From an uncultured Desulfospira sp. (GTDB taxonomy: Bacteria; Desulfobacterota; Desulfobacteria; Desulfobacterales; Desulfobacteraceae), in contig OY760175.1 of NCBI GenBank assembly GCA_963663165.1, positions 3,584,001 to 3,648,000 on the forward strand: a stretch of DNA of 64,000 nucleotides, in the 5' to 3' direction. This document shows positions 41,277 through 49,983 of the stretch, one piece after another (within the stretch, counting starts at the first letter, position 1; the number at the start of each line of letters is the position of its first letter). A program made the position numbers and the translations under genes. Below the pieces are notes generated by a model. That model was not told the origin of the DNA, did not search any database, and was given only the letters and a program-made list of their open reading frames with translations.

Positions 41277-41849
41277 ATGGGTACAAAGTTTTTTGCATGT
41301 ATGTTTGGCGGATTGATGATTTTAGCAAATTGTTCACTGGGGTTTGCCGGAACTGTCTGGCTGGATGAAGTCGTTTTGTTTGACCAGCCTTCAGGCGCTT
41401 CAAATGATGGCGGGCCTGCAAGCTATGCGTTGGGGGAAAATGACGGAAACCATGTTTCCATTGACATTCCGGAAACACTGATTCTGTCGTTTACAGACAA
41501 TACCGCGCTTGACGGTGAGGGCGATGATATTAAACTGTATCAGGTGATTTCAGGTGATTCGTATATTGATGTCTATGGCAGCATGGACAACATCACTTAT
41601 GTATATTTAGGCAGGACAAGCGGTAATGCCACGTATGATCTTACTGACTATGCGGGTCTTGACTATGTGAATTATCTTAAATTTGTTGGTCTGGATGATG
41701 GGGGGTCCGCTGACGGATACGATCTTGATGCAGTGGAAGCACTTAATTCCGGAGACCATATTTCCAGCGTTCCTGTCCCAGCAGCAGTATGGCTTTTAGG
41801 TTCCGGCCTGATAGGGATGATTGGCATCAGGAGAAAGAAACGGGAATAA
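41277..41849 (+). CDS. VPLPA-CTERM (PEP-CTERM-like) surface protein
   Basis: Signal peptide; acidic beta domain ending GYDLDAVEAL; VPVPAAVWLLGSGLIGMIGIRRKKRE. Confidence 0.85.
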   Translation: MGTKFFACMFGGLMILANCSLGFAGTVWLDEVVLFDQPSGASNDGGPASYALGENDGNHVSIDIPETLILSFTDNTALDGEGDDIKLYQVISGDSYIDVYGSMDNITYVYLGRTSGNATYDLTDYAGLDYVNYLKFVGLDDGGSADGYDLDAVEALNSGDHISSVPVPAAVWLLGSGLIGMIGIRRKKRE

Positions 41850-42825
41850 CCCGGATTTCCGATTTCTGTTTTCCATTATGGAATCCCGGCAGAAGTCGGT
41901 AAGACACAAATGAAGAACGCACAGCCCCCCTGATGCGTATCTCAGGAGGGGCCGGCTTGCCGTGTTTCGTTCACCGGACTGCATATGACAGGTGCTGAAA
42001 GAAGGCCGTCATACCGGAATCAGGCCATACTGATTATTATTGGGGGGGCAGTGTTCAATTAATTTTACCCTGCCCCCAACAATCACGGGCCGTCTCTTCC
42101 CGATAGCCTTTTGACAACTCCCAACCATCCTGAATCACTCTAAGATAAGGGATCTGCTAAAAAAGGGGGGATTATCGACTCCGGATCATCCCCTCAGAAC
42201 CTGCCTGCCCATTCATACTTTTTTTTAAAAGACAAACAGCGCTTACCTGTCAGCCGTAAAATTCTAAGAAACCCCAAATCGCAAAAACGTTCTATTATTC
42301 AGCAAAAAAATCCTGTTATTTAGCAAAGAAATCCGAGAATCAATTTTTTTTTTATTGTAATACTTAAATTAACATTTAACTAATCTTTATAAGAGGGCGC
42401 CTTTGTGTAGAAAAGGGCGCCTCTGCAGATAAGTTTTTTTGTCCGGATATTGCCACTTGGAAAGGAGATGATATCGACCGATAACTTTAATTCTAATAAA
42501 AAAGGAAGGCCCGCATGCCTCCGCCAAGATGCGTTGCGGGCCTTCAAAGAACGCTCCGGCACTTAAGGCCGGCACGGAATCCGTTCCCTGATGGAAACGG
42601 CATTCCAAATTTTTACCACAGCCTGCCGTGCAAATCAATACAACCGGGCTGGTCTCCCGGTCCGTGCCATTAGCGTAACATCCTTATTTTTTGATTATTG
42701 CGTAACCTGTATGCGGCCTGCATGTGGCTCGCCCGCGGCAGGCAGGTATAAAAAAACGTTCTTTGTGCCCAGAGAATAGACAGAAAAAAACATTCAATCT
42801 GAAAAAAAAAGAAAGGACAAATGAC

Positions 42826-43467
42826 ATGAAAAGAGTTTTCAACGTAGTGTTAGCTCTGAGTTTTGTAATCGCTGTATCCGGCTTGCTGTCGCCGGCGGCC
42901 GCGGCAACGGTCACTGTTTATACAGACGAAGCTTCGTTTGCCGCCACCCTTGGTTCTTACTATTATGAGGATTTTAGCAACTTTCCTGAGACTGGGGAAG
43001 AAGGACCTGAATCGATAGACATGGGGCCGGAAAATGGTTTCAGCTACACAATGAAAGGTGATGACAGTTCTCTTTATTACAGCGATGGGGCTATATCCGT
43101 ATGGGAGGACTATGATGCCCTTACAATTGAATTTACAGGTGATGCGGTAACCGCCTTTGGTGGAAATTTCTGGCCCACTACAGCTGAACTGACAAACAGA
43201 GTATTTGACATTACCATTGATATTTCTTTTGCTGACGGCAGTAGTTATTCTTACACAATAGAAGATGCGGATGTGAATACCTTCATTGGTTTCAGCAGCT
43301 TAGAAGCCATCTCCTCATTCACCATTTCCGAAACCGTATATTACCTGTATCCCACAGCAGATAACCTGTACGTCGGCAGTACTTCCTCAGTGCCTGTTCC
43401 GGGTGCCATATGGCTCATGGGCGGCGGCCTTTTGGCCCTTGCCGGCATTCGCCGCAGGAACGCCTGA
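42826..43467 (+). CDS. VPLPA-CTERM (PEP-CTERM-like) surface protein
   Basis: Signal peptide; acidic beta-rich domain; VPVPGAIWLMGGGLLALAGIRRRNA. Confidence 0.85.
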   Translation: MKRVFNVVLALSFVIAVSGLLSPAAAATVTVYTDEASFAATLGSYYYEDFSNFPETGEEGPESIDMGPENGFSYTMKGDDSSLYYSDGAISVWEDYDALTIEFTGDAVTAFGGNFWPTTAELTNRVFDITIDISFADGSSYSYTIEDADVNTFIGFSSLEAISSFTISETVYYLYPTADNLYVGSTSSVPVPGAIWLMGGGLLALAGIRRRNA

Positions 43468-43556
43468 TATAAATTGAAAGTAACAGCCCCTTGGCCTTTT
43501 TGGGGGGACAAGGGGGCCTGGCTAAACAAAAGGATGATCCTTAAAAAGGAGGAAAA

Positions 43557-44543
43557 ATGGTTTTTAACAGATTCGGTAAAATGATTTTCACCGTATTGGC
43601 GCTGTCGCTGTTATTTTTCTACGGTTCGGCCCTGGCCGGCCCTTACACAGAGAACTCGGTGTACTATACCAGTTCCAAAATCAAGGCCTGGGCCACGGGG
43701 TATCTGAACTACCTGCCCTCTGATCCCCTGGACGAAAGCCTGTACGGGACCTATGCCCAGTATGCCGGGGTTTATAAAACGTTTCAGACACCGCAATACG
43801 CCACCGGCCAGGCTGATAATAAAATTGTCACCCTTGGCGACCTTTACCAGGAACAAATCGATGCCGGTGCCGCCTGCGGTGAGATCACCCTGACCTTTGA
43901 CCTTCCCATCGCCAACGGGGATGGCATCGACTTTGCCGTATACGAGAACGGTTTCTGGAATACCAGCGTATCACCCTATGGCATGTTTGCTGAACTGGCA
44001 TACGTATACGTTTCCACTGATGGTGAAAACTGGGCATTGTTTCCCGGCATTTCTCTGACCGAAGGCCTTGTTGGTGCCTACGGGTGTATTGAACCGACAG
44101 ACGTTTACAACCTGGCCGGCAATTATGCCAGGTATACCGGAACCGGGTTTGACCTGGACGATTTGCAGGACCATGAACTGGTTCTGTCAGGCCTTGTGGA
44201 CCTCAATGAAATCAACTACGTCAAAGTGGTGGACATCCCCGGCAGCGGCGATTATCTCGATTCCCAGGGTTACCCGATCTACGACGCCTGGGTCACCTGG
44301 GGATCAGGCGGGTTTGATCTGGACGCCGTGGCTGTCCTTAATGTCAAGTATCCGGACGGCGACCTTAGTGAGGACGGTACGGTAGACCGGGTGGATGCGA
44401 TTATCATCCGAAGCGCCATCGGATCTTCTCAGGGGGATGATGCCTATGCGGAAGAGGCGGATTACGACGAAGACGGTGACGTTGATTTTGCCGATTACCG
44501 GCAGTGGTACAAATATTACAAGGCGTTCATAAGTGAAAACTGA
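43557..44543 (+). CDS. Secreted cell-surface protein with a C-terminal dockerin-like domain
   Basis: Signal peptide; ITLTFD.PIANGDGIDFAVYENGF / GGFDLDAV domain; duplicated Ca-loops GDLSEDGTVDRVD and ADYDEDGDVDFAD; no membrane anchor. Confidence 0.8.
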   Translation: MVFNRFGKMIFTVLALSLLFFYGSALAGPYTENSVYYTSSKIKAWATGYLNYLPSDPLDESLYGTYAQYAGVYKTFQTPQYATGQADNKIVTLGDLYQEQIDAGAACGEITLTFDLPIANGDGIDFAVYENGFWNTSVSPYGMFAELAYVYVSTDGENWALFPGISLTEGLVGAYGCIEPTDVYNLAGNYARYTGTGFDLDDLQDHELVLSGLVDLNEINYVKVVDIPGSGDYLDSQGYPIYDAWVTWGSGGFDLDAVAVLNVKYPDGDLSEDGTVDRVDAIIIRSAIGSSQGDDAYAEEADYDEDGDVDFADYRQWYKYYKAFISEN

Positions 44544-44611
44544 TTTAAAAATTGCCGATGACGGCCAGGGCCGCCCTGGTTACCCGGCCAAGCATCGGCC
44601 CGAAACAAATA

Positions 44612-44650
44612 TTGAAAGTCTTCTCAGGATGTTAGTGAGACTTTCTTATA
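44612..44650. repeat. Family D palindrome, single core
   Basis: tgaaagtcttctcaggatgttagtgagactttc, the reverse complement of the 16046..16080 core. Confidence 0.75.
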
Positions 44651-44670
44651 AAAAAAAGGAGATGTGATCA

Positions 44671-45237
44671 ATGAAAAAAATAACGGCAATAACCATAGGT
44701 CTTCTGGCGGCTCTTTGTTTTGGCGGATCATACGCCATTGCCTCACCTGGTATCAGCCTGGATCAGACCGGGTATACCGGGTATATCGGAACGGTTTTCC
44801 AGGTGGAAGTCTGGCTGGATGCAGACGACTTAACGGATTTTGAACTGCTCTCTTTTGGGTTTGATGTCCTGGTTGAAGATGAGTCTGTCTACCATTACGC
44901 CGGGTATACCCTGGGATCGGATTTTGAGTACCTTGGATTTTACCAGGAAGACTACGTGGGCGGCATGGCCTTTCCAAGCGTAACCGATGATGAGGTCCTG
45001 CTGGCCATCTTGTATTTTACCATTGTGGGCGAAGGTTCCTGCGATCTGGACATCAGTGCTGAATATGACGGGTCCATGTACGGCCTCTTTTATCTGATGA
45101 CAGACACCTTCGAGGAAGCCGGTTACAGCTTGTCCTCCTCGGTTGCACTGGGGTCTGCCGTGCCTGTTCCGGGAGCCGTATGGATGATGGGCGCGGGACT
45201 TGTGGCCCTGGCAGGCATCCGCCGCAGGAACACCTGA
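44671..45237 (+). CDS. Cohesin-like domain protein with a VPLPA-CTERM anchor
   Basis: Signal peptide; GTVFQVEVWL...LLSFGFDV...VLLAILYFTIVGEGSCDLDI strand pattern; VPVPGAVWMMGAGLVALAGIRRRNT. Confidence 0.7.
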   Translation: MKKITAITIGLLAALCFGGSYAIASPGISLDQTGYTGYIGTVFQVEVWLDADDLTDFELLSFGFDVLVEDESVYHYAGYTLGSDFEYLGFYQEDYVGGMAFPSVTDDEVLLAILYFTIVGEGSCDLDISAEYDGSMYGLFYLMTDTFEEAGYSLSSSVALGSAVPVPGAVWMMGAGLVALAGIRRRNT

Positions 45238-45246
45238 TATAGAGTC

Positions 45247-45291
45247 AAAAAAATCAGGGCAGTTGCCAATCGGCAGCTGCCCTGAAATTTT
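45247..45291. terminator. Bidirectional terminator between convergent genes
   Basis: aaaaaaa-tcagggcagttgcc / ggcagctgccctga-aatttt. Confidence 0.7.
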
Positions 45292-45322
45292 GGTGTACTA
45301 TGCTTCCCGACAGGGTTCTGGA

Positions 45323-46633
45323 TTATTCCTCTTCTTCAGGCAGGTTCACTTCTGCCAGGTCCGGGCCCAGATAAATCCGCTCGCCTTCTCCGAGCACACC
45401 CAGAGCAAGGGCCAGCAGGGTCCATAAATGGATCGTATGATATTTGCATTCATAATGCTCGGCCAGTTTATGAATCTGGTCATGGCAGTTGTGGCAGGGG
45501 GTCACACAATAATCCGCGCCCGTGGCCACGATCTGGTTTTTCTTGGTCCGGCCGTACTCCAGACGGGCTTCATTGTAGCCGGACTGGAGATACCCGCCGC
45601 CACCGCCACAGCAGAAGTTATTAGAGTAGTTCGGCGTCATATCAATAAAGTTTTCTTCACCGACGCAGGCTTTGACCACAAACCGCAGATCTTCGGCCAG
45701 GGCATCCCCAAAGCTTTTGCGAACCTGCTGGCAGGGATCCTGAACCGTAAAGGTGACTTTAAGGTCTTTGTTCCAGTCGGAACTCGGGTTCAGCTTGCCT
45801 TCCCGCATCCATTTGGCATAATACCGGACCATGGGGGCAATTTCGAGATCTGTTTCAATGCCGAACTTCTGCTGGCCTTTCCATACGGAAAACGTGGAAT
45901 GGCCGCACTCGGTATTCAAATATACTTTACAGCCCAGTTCCATGGCGGATTCAATGGTGTTCCGGGTCACTTTTTCCCAGTTTTCATTATCTGCAAGGAA
46001 CATACAGTAGTTTTCACCGCCCCAGCCCCGGGTGCTGTAGGTCCAGTCTGCTCCCACAATGTGCAGAATTTTCCACAGGGGAACCATTTCTTCGGGTTCC
46101 ACACCGGGTTCACGGGAATTCTGGCTTAAGAAAAAATGAGCGCCTTCCTTATTGACGGGCGCCTCAAGATTTTCCCAGCCCGGCTGGTCCTCATGAACCT
46201 CATCAAGAATGTCACCGACCACCCACTCAAAATCTTCCTCAGAAATGCCCATGGCACTGCCGCTGGTATTTCTAAGGGCCATGTCACAGGAACCGACAAT
46301 GCCTTTGGGCCGTTCGTCCCGGGGCCACAGCTGCCGGGCCTCGTAGACCATTGCCGCGATGTCGATCTGCATGGGACAGACATAGAGGCAGCGCTGGCAC
46401 TGGGAACACATCCAGACCCACGGGTGCTTGGTCAGTTCTTCGTCCATCCCCAAAGCCACCATCCGGACAAATTTACGCGGATCCATATTTTCCAGTCCGG
46501 TTGCCGGGCAGCCGGAAGAGCATGCGGCGCATGTCAGGCACAAATTAAGGTTGGCGCCATTGGGCAGCTTGTCCATCAGATTCTTTTTAAAGGCTGCCTT
46601 TCTTTCTTTTCCAAGTTCTATTACCTCACTCAT
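45323..46633 (-). CDS. HdrD-like (Fe-S)/CCG-domain oxidoreductase
   Basis: CLTCAACSSGCP, CSQCQRCLYVCP, ECGH, QDPC, CCGGGGG, CHNC. Confidence 0.85.
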   Translation of the reverse strand: MSEVIELGKERKAAFKKNLMDKLPNGANLNLCLTCAACSSGCPATGLENMDPRKFVRMVALGMDEELTKHPWVWMCSQCQRCLYVCPMQIDIAAMVYEARQLWPRDERPKGIVGSCDMALRNTSGSAMGISEEDFEWVVGDILDEVHEDQPGWENLEAPVNKEGAHFFLSQNSREPGVEPEEMVPLWKILHIVGADWTYSTRGWGGENYCMFLADNENWEKVTRNTIESAMELGCKVYLNTECGHSTFSVWKGQQKFGIETDLEIAPMVRYYAKWMREGKLNPSSDWNKDLKVTFTVQDPCQQVRKSFGDALAEDLRFVVKACVGEENFIDMTPNYSNNFCCGGGGGYLQSGYNEARLEYGRTKKNQIVATGADYCVTPCHNCHDQIHKLAEHYECKYHTIHLWTLLALALGVLGEGERIYLGPDLAEVNLPEEEE

Positions 46634-47192
46634 AACATTCTCCTCTAAAAGGGTTGCTTTTCGGGTCAATATGCCTTTTTATGCGCATTTAAAAAAATGC
46701 CCTGTCCATAACTGTTTCCCCGGGTATCCGGCAAAGCTGCCAATGGCCGGACACACTGAAGCTCTCTTTACTGAATATACCTGAATCAAACAGATGAATG
46801 CTGGGAATAACACCAAATAGATAGCATCAATTTTTCAGGTTACTTAGTGCCGTCAAACCCGGGCAGGGAAGTGTAAAGCTCCCCTCATGTAAAACCGAAA
46901 AATCGAAGCATATAGACTTTTCCTGGTAGATTAAAAGCACAAAAAAATAGATAGAAAAAGTAGATAGGCTTGTCAAAGTGATAATACGAATACCTTACAG
47001 GAATGATTATTGAAAACAATTATAACCAAATCTTTTAAATGAAACCGATGACCTTTCAACTGAATTGAACTGGCCTGTCCGGGCCTGACTGTCTCGCCCA
47101 TTATCCTTCAGGCAAAACGCCCTGAAGGTGAGGGAAGCAAAGCCCCCCTCACCACAACAGGCGGCAAGGCCGTTTCAGGATCTGCGTTAAGA

Positions 47193-48242
47193 TTAATTCA
47201 TCAGTTCAATAACCTCATAGGGGTTAACACCGGCCCTGGTCATATCGGTCACCATCTGCTGAGTGACGGGAACTTCTTTAACTACGGTGACAAAATCGGC
47301 CGGTGTTGACAGATAGGGTGCCAGGCCGGTGTTGCATTTTAACCGGCTGATCCAGAACAAGGGGTTTGTTTTCCCCCCTTTGGGGGCAAAATCTTCTTCA
47401 GCAACCCCTGAAATGCTGCGGGCTTTTCCCCAGTTGTAGCGCAGGGCCACGGCCTTTCCGGTTTTGGCTTTATTGTCCCATATGATCAGAATGCCCCCGA
47501 TGTTGTCTGTTGCCGTTTCCCCCAAAACCGCTTTCTTTTGTTCGGCCGTCAGGTTTTTTACATAAAGGTTTTTCTTTCCCGGGGTCAGGTCCAGCAGGAT
47601 CTGGATGGCGTCCTCCTTGCACCAGTTCGGTGCGGCAATCCAGGTATAGGCCTCCCCTTTATTCAAGGGATATGTGTCCATGATAAACTGCGCAATCTGG
47701 TATCCGGAACTTACACCGGGGCAAAGGTGATTGTGAAATTCACAGCACTTTAAGAAATCATACGGGGCATTCTTTGCCCATGCATCCGTAATGGAGACCA
47801 GGGTGAACGTATCAGGACCGAGTTGTTGTTGTATGGTTTTCCAGCCATCGGGTGTCAGGGCCTGGTCAATGCCCATTTTAAGGCTGATTTTCCCCGCCTG
47901 TTGTCCGTTATCGGTGATGATCACCGCATTGCCCCCGGAATTTTTAACAAAAAGGACCACTTTTAACGGACTGTTGACCGGCCTGTGATACAACAGCAGA
48001 TTTTTTTTACCCATAGAACATCCGGTGATGTCACCAATTACATCCACGATCCCTTCCGTAGTCTCGCCGTTGACCTTGACATAGGTGGCATTGGTGAGGG
48101 CCAGCAGGTCAGGGCTTCCCTTTTCAACCCCGAGCTCTTTGACCCCCTCTGTGATCAGATTTGTCATATCAGCCGCCCAAAGGCCCTGAGCAAAACAGCA
48201 CATCAACATCATCAGCACAACAATTCCAACTAACCGTTTCAT
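47193..48242 (-). CDS. FmdE-family protein with a signal peptide
   Basis: EFHNHLCPGVSSG and WCKEDAIQ motifs; N-terminal signal peptide ending LWA. Confidence 0.85.
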   Translation of the reverse strand: MKRLVGIVVLMMLMCCFAQGLWAADMTNLITEGVKELGVEKGSPDLLALTNATYVKVNGETTEGIVDVIGDITGCSMGKKNLLLYHRPVNSPLKVVLFVKNSGGNAVIITDNGQQAGKISLKMGIDQALTPDGWKTIQQQLGPDTFTLVSITDAWAKNAPYDFLKCCEFHNHLCPGVSSGYQIAQFIMDTYPLNKGEAYTWIAAPNWCKEDAIQILLDLTPGKKNLYVKNLTAEQKKAVLGETATDNIGGILIIWDNKAKTGKAVALRYNWGKARSISGVAEEDFAPKGGKTNPLFWISRLKCNTGLAPYLSTPADFVTVVKEVPVTQQMVTDMTRAGVNPYEVIELMN

Positions 48243-48263
48243 CGCTCTTCTCCTTTTTTCCAT

Positions 48264-48316
48264 AAAAAAAGCCAAGAAAGCTGCCCGTACAAAGATACGG
48301 CAATGCCTTCTTGGCC
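48264..48316 (-). promoter_or_regulatory. Leader hairpin with T-run (attenuator-like) just upstream of the FmdE gene
   Basis: Minus strand GGCCAAGAAGGC...GCTTTCTTGGCTTTTTTT. Confidence 0.5.
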
Positions 48317-48618
48317 TGAATTAAAAATATGTTCTGCAACGGACAGGGCCGCCCCGTTTTTTCAACCAGGACCGCCCAGACAAACTTTGAAAGCCACGAA
48401 GGGCACAGAAGCGGCAGCCCTAACAGCCTTCAGCTAAAGCCCCTTCAGTCTTTCATACAAAAAAAATCAGTTCTTCAAGAACCTGGGTTATGGGATATGT
48501 GGAATATTACACAAGCAATGTCAAGGATAATTTCCAGTAACCGCAGGGCAATCGCAAGTAAAACAAACACGCCTTTCCAGAATTGAAAATGAGGATAACG
48601 CCAATAAAACCTAGGGAT

Positions 48619-48684
48619 TTAGGCTGAAGACTGAAGCGGTTTAGGGTTGCGCATCCCTTCAGCCTAAACACCCTCAGCCTAATT
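48619..48684. repeat. REP-like repeat, family E (copy 1)
   Basis: taggctgaagactgaag...cttcagcctaaac..ctcagcctaat; second copy at 57831..57905. Confidence 0.7.
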
Positions 48685-48840
48685 ACCTTTTTTACATTAT
48701 GATCATCGAAATCGGCATCACCAGTATGCAAATTCCATGCGATCACCCGGCACGGCAATGATTTCTGTCTTGCCAAATTCCGCTATTTTATGGTATGGGG
48801 AGTGTTTCACGAGACCACAAGCATACAGGTGTGAACTGAC

Positions 48841-49983
48841 ATGAAAGCATTATTAGCCCTGGAAGACGGAAGAACCTTTCCCTGCAGGAGTTTTACCGGC
48901 CCGGGAGAGGCATCCGGAGAGGTGGTGTTTAACACCAGCATGACCGGATACCAGGAAATCCTTACCGACCCTTCATATGCCGGCCAAATGGTCACCATGA
49001 CCTACCCTTTGATCGGCAATTACGGGGTCAACCCCGAAGATGTTGAATCGGATAAAATTCAGGTAGCCGCATTTATTGTAAAGGAATACCAGGATTTCCC
49101 CTCCAATTTCAGATCCAAAGGAACCCTGGCCGATTATCTGATCAAAGGCCATGTCCTGGGGATTGAAGATCTGGACACAAGGGCCTTGACCCGGCACCTT
49201 AGAAAATCCGGGGCCATGCGGGCCGTCATCTCGACTTCGGACCTTGACCCGGACTCCCTGGTTAAAAAGGCAAAGGCCGTCCCGCCCATGGAAGGCTCGG
49301 ACCTGGTGGGGGGCGTGACCTGCAAAAAGCCCTATTTCTGGAAGTACAACCAGCCTGAATATATCAGCCTTGAAAAGCTCAATGATCCGTTAATCTGGCG
49401 GTACAGGGGGAAAAAGCACTCGGTGGTGGCCCTGGATTTCGGCATCAAGTACAATATTATCCGGTGTCTTGAAAAGGCCGGATGCGAAGTCCTGGTGGTT
49501 CCGGCCAGAACGAGTGCCGATACCATCAAGGCATTGAAACCCGAGGGCATTTTCCTGTCCAACGGCCCGGGCGACCCGGAACCCTTAACCTATGCCATTG
49601 ACACCATCAGGGAGCTCATCGGGACAGCCCCCATCTTCGGCATCTGTCTGGGGATGCAGCTTCTTGGCCTGGCCATGGGCGGAAAGACCCTGAAAATCAA
49701 ATTCGGGCACCGGGGCGGGAACCAGCCTGTAAAAAATGTAGATACCGGCAAGGTGGAGATCACCTCCCAGAACCACGGGTTTGCCGTGGACCTGACCACC
49801 CTTGACAAGGATAAATGCCTGCTCACCCACATCAATCTTAATGAGGAATCCCTGGAAGGCCTGAAAAATGATTCAGCCGCCGTCTTTGCCGTCCAGTACC
49901 ATCCCGAGGCATCTCCCGGGCCCCATGACGCCGCCTATCTCTTTAACCAGTTTGCACAGGTGATCCAACATGCCAAAGCGTAA
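48841..49983 (+). CDS. carA: Carbamoyl-phosphate synthase small subunit
   Basis: [38 protein letters not shown]. Confidence 0.97.
   Translation: MKALLALEDGRTFPCRSFTGPGEASGEVVFNTSMTGYQEILTDPSYAGQMVTMTYPLIGNYGVNPEDVESDKIQVAAFIVKEYQDFPSNFRSKGTLADYLIKGHVLGIEDLDTRALTRHLRKSGAMRAVISTSDLDPDSLVKKAKAVPPMEGSDLVGGVTCKKPYFWKYNQPEYISLEKLNDPLIWRYRGKKHSVVALDFGIKYNIIRCLEKAGCEVLVVPARTSADTIKALKPEGIFLSNGPGDPEPLTYAIDTIRELIGTAPIFGICLGMQLLGLAMGGKTLKIKFGHRGGNQPVKNVDTGKVEITSQNHGFAVDLTTLDKDKCLLTHINLNEESLEGLKNDSAAVFAVQYHPEASPGPHDAAYLFNQFAQVIQHAKA

Noticed and set aside
41896..41962. Second c-di-GMP riboswitch (CGCACAGCC...GCCGGCTTGCC)
   Set aside because: Only the 3' half resembles the motif; there is no paired P2 stem with a tetraloop. 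At most a relic
40540..42820. Cobalamin riboswitch upstream of the surface proteins
   Set aside because: No B12-box or GGGAA...GCCACTG core could be found by eye
47105..47175. GGCAAAAC...GCAAAGCC riboswitch-like string
   Set aside because: It faces the 3' end of a convergent gene and is better explained as two simple hairpins
48485..48512. NikR-like operator upstream of the FmdE gene
   Set aside because: The half-sites are imperfect and the spacing is not convincing without a matrix scan
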